Below are positions 53,901 through 64,000 of a DNA stretch of 64,000 bases, in pieces. Made by a program: the position numbers and the translations under genes. Where the stretch lies: the NCBI GenBank assembly GCA_964247055.1, contig OZ176056.1:8928001-8992000 (forward strand), read 5' to 3'. This DNA comes from Paragordius varius (Eukaryota > Animalia > Nematomorpha). Every line of letters starts with the position of its first letter. Positions within the stretch are counted from its first letter, which is position 1. The notes under the pieces were generated by a model. The model did no database searches. It saw only the letters and a program-made list of their open reading frames with translations, and was not told the origin of the DNA.

Positions 53901-56610
53901 TCATACAAAATTGTGTTTTTAAAAGTATTATATTGTAAAAAAATCCTCATCTCCAACTTTTTTGCCGTTTTTCTATTTTTTTATTTGCTTATGCAACGGG
54001 CAAATAAATTATATTATGGTTTGAAAATGTAAATAATTAACTTTAAAAAGCTTTCATGTTACATTTTACCAACAATAACTTAATATGTATGATTTTTATG
54101 TCAGCTGTTTGTTTCAAACATATTTTGGATCTGTCCCAATTTTAGACTCTAAAAGTCAAAAAAACTGTAAAAAATATGGTCTTTTTTGTCTAATACCTGA
54201 GAACAATGTTTAAAAATTAAATTTCAACTAAAATATCTTTTTAAATTGTATTTTATTTACAAAATTGAGCTCAGGAATATATAAAACTACCCCAAAAGGT
54301 AACCTAGGCAAAACGATAAGGTAATGAAATGTTAATCGCAATAAATGCAAACCATTTTCGCAGTTAATTTGTTTTGGAAAAACTTAATTTACTCTAAAAA
54401 ACAAAAAATCTCCATCAGGTTATATATCCACCATATAAATATAGAGTGTAATCGATTATTCTACTATCCTGAAACTCACAAGTTTAAAACATTTTTCCAA
54501 AATATTAATGAAACGACGGTTGGAGTTATAATTATTTACCCGAATTGCAGTGCTGAGGAAAACAGTGTCGAAATCCAAGAAAAATTTTATGACGATCAAA
54601 TAATTATTGAGGTATAGTGCTAATCGGTGTTTAAAATCTTGATAAATTTAATTTATATGGCATAAACTTTACTTAAAATTCGTATAGGAGTCTATGGGGT
54701 ATTTTTCCTTTTTGGCCCGCAAAAACTTCACCTATCAATTTAACCTTAATCTGCACCACAAATTTAGTGGATATATCAGTAAGTCCTATTTTTAAATACT
54801 TCTAAATATTTAAAATTTTGATATAAATAATTAAATCCTGTCCAACAATAATTTTTTAAGAAAAAAATTAATTTGTTAACTTTTTAGATTCCAATCCGGA
54901 ATTTCTCCACAGAGATGCTGTTTTTAAGCCTTTAGATTATAACACGATCGAAATTAGTTTGTTACATGAACATGCCCTTATTAAAATTCAAAATCAATTG
55001 AATGGAAACACAACTGAATTAGAGGTATTGCTTTTTCCAAATATTATAAAATAATATTATTATAGTTTAAAAAACCATATTAAGTAGTTATATATTGGCT
55101 TATTGACATTATTTTTGATCAGTTGGCAACACAGTAGTATATGGGAATCAGAAATGTTGAAATAAAAATTTTTTCTTATCTTACAACACATTAATTTTTC
55201 TTAATTATGGACAAAATTTGTTATCCGATTAACCAACAATAAATGAATAAGCCAGCATATATGTGGCATACTGTATTGATATCTATTTTTTGGAACCTCA
55301 CGGTAAATATACCATTTGCACGTCAAGAGTGTCTTTAAACACTTCAAGTTGGTCCTTGAAAACTTAAGTTGGTCCTTAAAATTTTTATATTTTGATTTAA
55401 TCATAATATTTGCATCCATATTTTTATTTATTATTTTTTAACCTAATTTTCTTCATTTATTATATATTTATTTACTTAAAAATAAATTTTTATTCAAAAA
55501 CCACTTTTTTGTTTATAACTAATTTTTTTCCAATTCAACAAAATTATTAACTTTTAAATGTTTTCAATGAAAAATTGTAAATAATAACCCAGAAAATTTA
55601 TATATTTTTTAATTACGTGTTAAAATATTATAAATATCCAAAATAATTTTAAGAAAATAAAGATATACAGTTTTTCAATGATAAAAAGATATTAAAATTT
55701 ATGTGAAATGATAGAAAATAGGTTAAAAACAATAAAATAATTGAATAATATGATATGATTAAAAAAAGTTATAGACCAAACAAAAAAGTCAAAGGAACAA
55801 CTTGAAGTGTTCAATGACACTCTCGAATTGTTCAAGGACCACCTTGAAGTGTTTAAAGGCACTCTTGAAGTAGAAATGGTATATTTAGTCAAAAAGACAT
55901 GTGTGGCATTATCTAATGTAAAAAATCCAAAATATACCACTTTTTCTGTTTATATTATTTTTAGATGTGATTTACATAAAAAAATATCAATTTAGCATTT
56001 GAATAAAAACACAATATTTTGCAAAAATGTTTTAAATAAAATGGTGTCGAAGTACTTTGATATGGAATTTTTTTTCATGACAAAACTTTATCTAGATATT
56101 TTGGCTTATTTATATTTTATTATGATAAAAGCATAATATTTAAATTAAAACCATTTCTTTCATAAGTTTTATAGATATATCAACTTAAATGTAGCCTGGG
56201 GTCTCTAGGTACCCCAATTTGAATCGAAGTGTTAAGTTATTAATGTCAATATAGAGCAATAAATTGGGGAAAAATCTCGTTTTTATTAAATGGGTGACAA
56301 AAAGGCTCTCTTAATAATAAGGAAAACTCAATTAAATTTATTAATTCCATATGTGATTTTATGAATAAACCTTAAATAGGTGAATGAATCTAGCAAAACT
56401 TATCAAGTTAAGTTGAATGAGACAGGACGTAATGCTTATACCATTCAAGTTACGTATCCAGAATTCGATGTAGAACCCAAAGGAAATATCCTCAATGTCG
56501 TTTATGGCAAAATGAATTCGTACGCTTCCAATCCTGACAATTTTATTCGGAAAGGGAGCTATAGCATTAGATTTGTGTCTGACTCGCATTGGATTATAAT
56601 AATTCTTTAA
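41998..56610 (+). CDS. Orphan multi-exon secreted/surface glycoprotein (right-arm copy); 3' end and some internal exons uncertain
   Basis: Starts with a signal-peptide-like MLNLYNLSPLLWVVIYVSHVMS. GT-AG exons read by eye: 41998-42264, 42345-42450, 42529-42704, 43318-43417, 45152-45213, 45631-45708, 46119-46209, 46612-46757, 47042-47135, 47198-47340, 49649-49751, 50589-50719, 51487-51772, 51861-51929, ~52379-52425, ~53361-53461, ~54419-54611, 54688-54778, 54888-55024 and 56380-?. Most junctions are phase-compatible. Arm-to-arm indels in these exons are mostly multiples of 3, and many substitutions are synonymous. I recognised no family. Confidence 0.7.
47596..49090 (-). mobile_element. Non-autonomous, internally deleted Ty3/Gypsy-type LTR retroelement (TRIM-like), 1495 bp
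   Basis: 272-bp direct repeats at 47617-47888 and 48819-49090 look identical by eye. Element ends are TGTTAT...ATAACA, with a 5-bp TSD ATAAT (47591-47595, 49091-49095). A polypurine tract AAGGGGGAAGTGA abuts the 3' LTR on the minus strand. The interior encodes a broken gag zinc knuckle (HGPNKCPAWNRNCKCGKPNHFANV, with CRS in the shifted frame) and an integrase C-terminus (IRRH ... ERRYPERIRRKPVGFS*). It is absent from the left arm. Confidence 0.9.
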
Positions 56611-57029
56611 TATTAATCTTAAAAATATGTAAAAATACCCAATATCTAATGTGATTATTATACTTTTTCAAAAACTCTCTAATAAATGGCAGGGATTTGC
56701 ATCTTAAGCATTACTATTAAACTCTTTCATGTCATTCAAATATTTAATCCTGGGTACAAAAAAATTCTATTATAGTTATAAGTAGGGTTCGGCATGTTTC
56801 AGGCATTTCTCAATGCGATTTGCCAATAAGAAACGATAATCTTCTTTGTTTAAGCGTCGGCGAGACGAGTAAACCATTGTCCCGATAATGAATACATATT
56901 TTTGCTTTTATCCTCAAAAATAACTTTTATTTTTAAAGACCTTACAGACAGAAAAGTATAAAACCTAGAATTTATTATAGTTAAGTTGGTAATTAAGATT
57001 CCAATATCTATTATTTTTTTAGTTTAGAT

Positions 57030-58250
57030 TATTAAAGGTGTCCAATACAAATGGCTTAGCGAGCCGCATTTTCCCAATTAAAAAATCTGACGGGCCGCAT
57101 TCGCTAATATAGGCATTTTATAAATATTTTGTATAAACCAGTGGTACCCACCAAAAATATTTGACGGGCCAAATAAAATATATTATTTTTTCGAGGGCCA
57201 TGAACCTTATAATGGCAAATCCATAGCTATTTGAGACATATGCACATATTAATACTCTAAATCTGCACAATGAATTTAGCATGTAAATCCAGCTAAGAAC
57301 CCGTTTACCATTTAAAAAATAATATTTCGTTAATATTTATTTTAATATTAACCAATAATTTTTGACAAATTTAGTTTCGCCTCATGTCAGGCCAATCTTA
57401 ATACGTCGTCCAAATGATCATCGGTTAAGCGATTTCTGTATGTATTCTTAATATACTTCATTTTTGAATATGCCGCCTCACACGTGTATATTAAAAGTTA
57501 AGATAACCTGAGCACATTCTTTATATTTTCGTATTTGGCACATCTTGCCAAAATACATATCGTTCTTCCCTACAATTTTCTTGAAGATAGCCTCCCAACT
57601 AAAATCATTTTTAAAATTTAGATTTTTTAATGAAAGCGCCTGTTAAAACCAAAATGCAAGTTGCTTAATATTGGATATATCCATATGCCATGGATTTTCA
57701 ACGAGTTTTAAGCAATTTCTAAATTTTTTAATTCTTCTGAATTTCATATCATTAGATAAAAATTTCAAATCCGTCAAACTTTCTGTTATTTTTTATAAAT
57801 AATAGAATTTCAGCATTAAAACAAAAAATCTATTTAATACTTTGGTAAGGTAAGGCTTAGCTATCCACAGTGGTGTACAAAAGAATATCATCAAATTCAC
57901 TTGGGAAATCTTTCAGAAGGTTTTTGAATTAACGGCGGTTGAATTCTTTGCCACGGATGTGGTTAATATCGACAACCGATTTAATTATTGAATTGAGTGC
58001 TTTATCTTTTACACGTGAACCAAGTTGCTGATGAATAAAGCAGTAAAAGGATAAAATATTTTGCAAATTATATTTGTTTTTCAAAAGAAAAATCCTTTGT
58101 TTATTCCAGTCATAGAGGAGGGTGCCATATGTGCACGAAACCAATTTTTTCATAAATTTTTGCTACTTTATTGCCAAAATTTGGATATACCGATTCGAAA
58201 TATTTGTTATAGAAAGCAATTACATTTAGATTTCGTAAAATTTTGCAAGT
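57030..58250 (-). mobile_element. hAT (Charlie/SPIN/GTF2IRD2-like) transposase remnant
   Basis: The frameshifted translation reads APSSMTGINKGF, FYCFIHQQL and NHIRGKEFNRR*FKNLLKDFPSEFDDILLYTTV, matching the TDGAP..G / HCIIHQ / YHTEVRW region of this family. A hAT-type end at 57035-57100 contains GTGTCCAA, GCGAGCCGCA and GACGGGCCGCA. The left-arm counterpart (~9385-9600) is internally deleted. Confidence 0.7.
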
Positions 58251-58848
58251 GAAATCGAGAGCTGCTGAATATTTTTTGGAGGGGGTGAGTTGCTACGTAG
58301 TTCCTTTGTTAATTTCTTAGTGCAAATAATTAAACTGATCTATGTTAATAACTAAGGTCTAATAAAAGTACCTTAGTTATCTTATTATGGAAAAAAAACA
58401 ATTTACCAGACACATGGTCTACTTAATCACCTATTACACGGTGCGCAACAAAAAGTAAATGTTAATGAATCATTTATCATTTGAGAGCTAAAAGCTACAG
58501 GATAATGAATATCGAAATGATATATGCGGTTATAATATAAGAGAAAATTTTTTTTCTGATATTAGCCAAAATCAAACAATCTCATTTTTAACGCTTAGTC
58601 AAACAGAATTAAATACAACTAAATTTTATTTGAATTACTATAACATAAGAATGATTCAAAACGCAAAATATTATCAAAAAAGGGTTTTTTTCTTCAGAGG
58701 CACCTATAAAGACTTGCAAGAGTATAAGCTAGAAAATCGCACGCTTGGGCGACAAATTTGAATAAAAAAAAACTTGTTAATATGTGGTAAAAGATTTCAA
58801 TTTTATTTAAACTATATATTAATTCCATACATAGGGTTTGCCCAATAT

Positions 58849-59266
58849 CTCGCTTTCAAAAAAATTAAGCCTTATATAAAAAAGATATTTTTTTGATAAT
58901 TTGCACCAAAGCGAAAGGTGCTTATAATTTTTACAAAACATCCAATACATATATTATCAATATTTTTTCCAGACATTTCGATGTAGATATCTATCATCGC
59001 AGGTTTTTGATTCAAGGAATTCTTTTGCCCGAAAATTTTGATTATATATTTTTGGCGCCATTTTGGCTTTTAATACCGGCTTTAGGGCATATAAATTCCC
59101 CAAACTAGAATGATTCGATAGATCCTTTTTTCTGAATTGAATTGTATGGAAAAGGCCTTGATAATATATATTGAATGTTTTGTTAGAATTATACGCAACT
59201 TCCCCTTTGATGCAATTATCAAAAAATATCTTTTTTAGAAAAGGCTTAATTTTTTTAAAAGGCGGT
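58849..59266. mobile_element. MITE-like inverted-repeat element, right arm only
   Basis: ~110-bp imperfect inverted repeats at 58849-58960 and 59159-59266, e.g. AAGCCTT..AAAAAAGATATTTTTTGATAATT versus AATTATCAAAAAATATCTTTTTT..AAGGCTT. Confidence 0.55.
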
Positions 59267-59439
59267 ATATTTAAATTCTTTATATAGAGTATCTTTGACA
59301 AACACGCTTAAAGCTAAATTATTTGAATCAGTACGTAGAATTTTCAATACAATCTTATATTTGCACGATCCCAAGAAGTTTAATTCCACAACGAATCATG
59401 ACGCCCACACTGGCCAAAAAATATAATGAATAACCGCTA

Positions 59440-59640
59440 TCATTCAAATGGGTAGGTTAATATGGGCAAATCATATATATCGTAGAAATCCGTCTCACAT
59501 ATTAAAAACCATGCTTTACATTACAAGGTCAAGAAGGCAGACCCATAAAACATAGCCGCAAACAATTCAAAAGGAAAAAGCATAACAGATATAAACTTGG
59601 CTCTCCTAATAGAACGTTATGGAGAAAACAACTATGAGAG
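59440..59640 (+). mobile_element. Possible decayed 3' fragment of a non-LTR retrotransposon
   Basis: The frameshifted reading WANHIYRRNPSHILKTML ... GRP ... NRTLWRKQL resembles the W.GHV.R ... GRP ... DR..WR C-terminus of RTE/L2-type ORF2. It is short and degenerate. Confidence 0.3.
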
Positions 59641-59718
59641 AAATACGGTCCTTTTGGGACAACCAACCTCTTTAATGAACATTTTTAAATATATTAATCA
59701 ACACCTTGGTATTTATCA

Positions 59719-60366
59719 TCTATATATTTATAAAAATGGAAAATGCTAGCTTTGTGATCTGGTACAGGAAAACCGGTAGACCCATTCAAATACAAACTTC
59801 GAAAAAATATAATCATTAATGAATGCCCCGACAATAGCTTCGTCCTTTTTATGAAATAGGCCCCAAGTTCGGGCCCACCCCGTGTGAAAAACGTGAAAAC
59901 AGAAGTCCACAAAAATCGGTCTTTGAGACAATTTTCTGGAGAACGTGTTGGTCCATTCGATTTCAGATATGATTTTTGTTTACTTATTTTTGATCGCGCT
60001 GAACATAGTCGACTCACTTGATTTAGGCCCTCTTTTTACCCGCTACCCCCGTAAAATGCCATTTTTTTCAAAAAAAACAAATTCCACAAAAATAATTTTT
60101 TAATTGTATTTTTTTGCCCAGGTATGAGACTGTAAAAATTCAATATGGATTCCACGTATTCCCTGTTTAAAGGCAAAAATTTTAGTCAGGCGTTTCCTTG
60201 ATGATAGCTGCTGGGTAAGGAGCTACCCGCTAAAAACTGATTCCTCATGTAACTTTGTGATCTGGTACCGGAAAACCGGTAGACCCATTCAAATCCAAAC
60301 TTCGAAACCCCCCCAGAAGTCCGAAGGACTTCCTCTGGCTGCGTAGCAGCACGAGATTTAGGCTAG
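59719..60366 (+). mobile_element. Non-autonomous Helitron, 648 bp, right arm only, just downstream of the CIAO1 stop
   Basis: It sits between A (59718) and T (60367), starts TCTATATATTTATAAAAATGG and ends CTAG. Hairpins are GAAGTCC-GAA-GGACTTC (60316-60332) and GCTGC-GTA-GCAGC (60338-60350). Arm-to-arm homology breaks exactly at its 3' end. Confidence 0.8.
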
Positions 60367-60437
60367 TATAAAATAAGTTATAAAAATTTACATAAATTTT
60401 TTTTATCAATAAATCTCAAAAATATTTTAAATTGTCG

Positions 60438-63400
60438 CTATGATATTGAAAGTTTCCAAATTTTTATAGTAGAGTCATCTGAGCAGGAAGCTAAATATTG
60501 GGGTTTTACAGGATTCCACCTTATGGCATTTATATCGGAGGTGTGGGCATCCAATATTTCATATTGCATTTCAGTGGTGAATTCTGGAGATAAAAAAATA
60601 TAAACTATTTTATGTGCCATCGATTTAATAGATAATTTTGTTATTAACATGAAATTTTTGTTAAAAACTAAAAATATTCATTAGTCTTAAAACGGTTAAA
60701 AAAATAAAACAGCCAAAAACAAACACATAATTAAAACGACATTATTTCAACTTTCATTTCAAATCAATAATATTTATAAACAAAATATATACTTTGTTGG
60801 GGGGTGAAACTTTTATTATCGCTGTTTTTAATATTCGTTTGATTATAATATTCTCTTTCATTGCATTTCATATTAGGATATTTATTTAGAGATTTTTGTT
60901 GGTCTTTATCTGTTGAAAAAAGATGTGTTTCATTATTATTAGGAATTATTTGAGTTAATCTAATAGTATTATCGCCTCCACAGGTAGCTACCAGATATGG
61001 TATTTTCGGGTGCCTTTATTATTAAAAAATAAAATAAAAATGGTTAAAAATATATTTTAAAGAAAAAAGAACATTTTATAATGACACAATTACAGTAAAA
61101 ATCAAAATTATAAAGATAAAACAAAAAGTAATAAGGTAATATTTTTAACCAGAAAATTAATCTTAAATATGATTAATATAGCCTATAGTTTTGGGCTGGG
61201 ATAGAAGAAAAAAATTAAATTATAGAAGCAATTTATTATATAGAAATAATTCAAGGATAACTTTAAATAATTTTTTAGACGTTTTACATTTTGTGAAAAA
61301 TTTTATTTTTCTCTTTAACATAAATATTACCAATCTAAATCATAAATTGGTCTTGAATGTAATTTGTGAGCTGTCGAAACACATTTCCATGGTTTAAGGA
61401 TTATGGAATCTACAATAACAAGAAAAGCTTATATATACAGTAAAAATTCAAAAGTTTATAAAGACAAACTATTATTTATAAAGAGACACCCATACTTTTA
61501 ATGAACCCCTGATTTTTTTATAAACAGAATATATTTACAAAAAAAAATTATATATAGGGACAAAATAAGGTATATCAATCAAGAGTACAGAAAATATGAT
61601 TGATTCCATAAAAATATCAGTCTTTTAGTTTTTACTTTTCTTATAATTTCTTAAAACATAAAGTTAAATAAAATATTTAGAATAACATTTCAAATGCCGT
61701 AAAGCTTTGTTTATAAAAACATTACAAAAATAGGAAACCAGTTAATGATTGAGGACTAGAATTCTCTACATTAGAGGAGTTAATTGTTCCATTAGCCCAA
61801 ACTTTTAGGTTTTGATCTGAACTTACTGAAGCCATTAACAACCATAATAATTGATTATAATTTGAAGTTTGAGAAATCAGGTGATCTGAGGGTGTTACAT
61901 AAGATGGAGCAAATTTTGCAGACCAAACTGTCCCGTTATGACCATACAAAGTTTGAATAGTTTCCCAATCCATACTTTCTGGCATATAAGAATGAATACG
62001 AATTGTATCATCATAGCTACTTGAAACCAAAATCTACGGAAAAATTGAAAAAAAAATAGAATTAAAATCTTTTCAGAAACTGTTTTTAAATTTACAAGTT
62101 CAAAAAATGGTTCTAAAAGTGGTAAAATGTGAATTTAAAAATATTTTGGTATAAAGTGTTTTAACAAGTCAAAGATAATATGTTATAAAAACTATTGTGA
62201 AAGCAATAATTACTAGAAAAAACGACAAAATATTAAACTTTTTGATCGCACAAAGTAATGTATATTAAATATGGTTTAATTAAACCACAAATAATATTTC
62301 CAAATAAGCCTAAAAAATGGTTGATTCAGTTTTTGATATAAAACCGGATTAAAATTTCATTCATGAATCCGTTGATAAAAAAATATAAACAAAAATCCAA
62401 GAAAAAGGCGAATAACGGTATAATTTTGAATTTGGTGGTATATTCTTTTTTTGGAGAATTGTTTTGAAGATAAAGCATTAAATAGTTATGAATTTTCGCA
62501 AATTATAATAACCCCGATAATATATTTTACATACCATTGAAAAACAATAATCTTTTCAAAATAAAAATAAAATCCACATTAAAGCGGTAAAAATCAAATC
62601 CTCTAAAAGTATTTTGCTTTTTGTTAAAACAACAGTTTTTTGAAAATATTGACTCAAAAACGATAATATTTTACAATTATAAAAATATTTTTGTAATAAA
62701 ATTAAATTAAATATTACATCTAAAGTAGGATGCCAACAAACTTTTTTAACATCTTGCGTGTGGCTATTAATTATTCCAGAACATTCGAATTCCATCTCAC
62801 AATCAACTGAATATATAAATTTACTATTTTAAATTTAAAAAAATAAGTTTTTTAAAATAATTTTTTTTAACAACTAACTTTCCCAAATCCAAATAGTTTT
62901 ATCGCGACCACAAGTTGCCAAATATTTTCCTGAAGGTGAAAAATTTACACATTTAACTTCATTTTCATGGCCCTCTAAACAAATATATGAAAAAAATGGG
63001 AATTAAATTCGTTCAAAATTATAAAGACAAAACAGAAGATATAAAATGAAGGATTTTTTTAAAAAAGTATTTTTTAAATTTTTTAATATAAGCTATCGAT
63101 TTGACTTGAAAAATATAATAGAATATGAATGTAAATTAGTAAACACTCATTTTAATATTTCGCAAAATTGTCATCTAAAAGGACATACAAAGCATAAATA
63201 TAGAATTTTATATAATATAAATTTCTGTATTTTAGTTGTTACTATTAAATTTCTCTATTATAAAAAGTATTTAAAATATAAATTAGTAACATTATCGTGT
63301 TTATAAAATAAACTAAATTTTACCCAAAGATGCAATCGCTTCGTACCCATTTTCTTCTGAGCGCTCCCAAATACATATCGTTGAATCAAAACTTGCGGAT

Positions 63401-63657
63401 GCTAAAATTTTACTGTCAGGAGACCAAGCGATCGACCTAATCGTTCTTTTATGTCCCTCTTCAAGGGCGGCCACACAACTCAAAGAACTTTCTGGATAAT
63501 TAGTAAAAGTAACTAAACCATCTTTAAAAGCCCAAATTTTTACAGTTTTATCAGTTCCACAAGATGCCAGATATTTCCCATCAGGACTCCAATTTATATC
63601 CCACACCGTATCCTCATGCGCCCCATCTGACAAAGTCTGCACTAAATCCAGATGCAT
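60438..63657 (-). CDS. CIAO1: CIAO1/Cia1 (right-arm copy), exon 1 fully in frame
   Basis: Inverted copy of 4993-8440. ORF fragments 63313-63657, 62556-62795, 61722-62030 and 60438-60650 carry the same WD motifs. Exon 1 (63657-63324) is open from MHLDLVQ to YEAIASL with the same donor GTAAAA. Confidence 0.9.
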
Positions 63658-63685
63658 TTCACCCTTCTAAGTTTATCTATCACGC

Positions 63686-64000
63686 ATGTTTAAAGTACCG
63701 TATGGTAGAGCGTTTTTTCAAACGTTTTTTGAATCTTTCTGCACAGCAGTAGGTATTTATTCTTATAATTATAGTTAAACCAAATATCTCCGTAACTGCG
63801 AAAACTTTTCGCTTGGCTAAATGTGGGAAACTTTCAATATATCATCTAAATGATGCAGTTAAAATACGGGGTTGGCTTATTCATTCTCGGTACGATCATA
63901 AGTTTTTGGTGGTTAAAGATGAAACTGGTACTGTACAAGTTTTGTTGGATTATTTTTGTACTCAAATTTTTGCGGATGAAAGCGCAATTGATTTCAAAGA
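63686..64000 (+). CDS. DARS2: 5' part of a second DARS2 copy, truncated by the window end
   Basis: ATG TTT AAA GTA CCG TAT G|GTAGAG (63686-63704) is followed by a 70-nt intron. The exon from 63775 reads VKPNISVTAKTFRLAKCGKLSIYHLNDAVKIRGWLIHSRYDHKFLVVKDETGTVQVLLD and is the reverse complement of 4652-4877 with scattered substitutions. Confidence 0.85.

Larger units (their letters stand above)
39570..64000 (-). repeat. Right arm of the inverted segmental duplication (continues beyond the window)
   Basis: Reverse complement of 4652-25600, with arm-specific transposon content at 47596-49090, ~55500-55885, 57142-58138 and ~58250-60370. Confidence 0.95.

Noticed and set aside
55807-55995. ORF with heptad pattern (LEVFNDTLELFKDHLEVFKG) as a coiled-coil gene
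   Set aside because: It is the translation of the 21-bp MITE repeats; 21 nt automatically gives heptads.
1-64000. rRNA, tRNA or snRNA genes
   Set aside because: I saw no recognisable cloverleaf or conserved rRNA/snRNA motif by eye; tRNAscan-SE and Infernal would be needed to exclude them.

Overview
Strongly AT-rich eukaryotic genomic DNA with GT-AG introns. A p55-type MAGUK and a peritrophin-type chitin-binding gene point to an invertebrate animal (inference). The dominant structure is a giant interrupted palindrome: ~4652-25600 is repeated in inverted orientation at ~39570-64000 and runs off the window end. Each arm carries a head-to-head DARS2/CIAO1 pair whose start codons are only 28 bp apart, plus a ~15-exon orphan gene for a secreted, N-glycan-rich protein with a Ser-Gly/acidic segment. 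The ~14-kb unique spacer holds an MPP6/MPP2-like MAGUK (+) and a two-exon 4-Cys chitin-binding gene (-). The intron of the latter contains a Helitron nested in a hAT-Blackjack transposon. Arm-to-arm similarity is patchy, and the arms differ by transposon insertions and deletions, including a young non-autonomous Gypsy-type LTR element with identical LTRs. Several MITE families are abundant. I saw no rRNA, tRNA or CRISPR array. All gene models, alignments and identities were read by eye and need RNA-seq and alignment confirmation.
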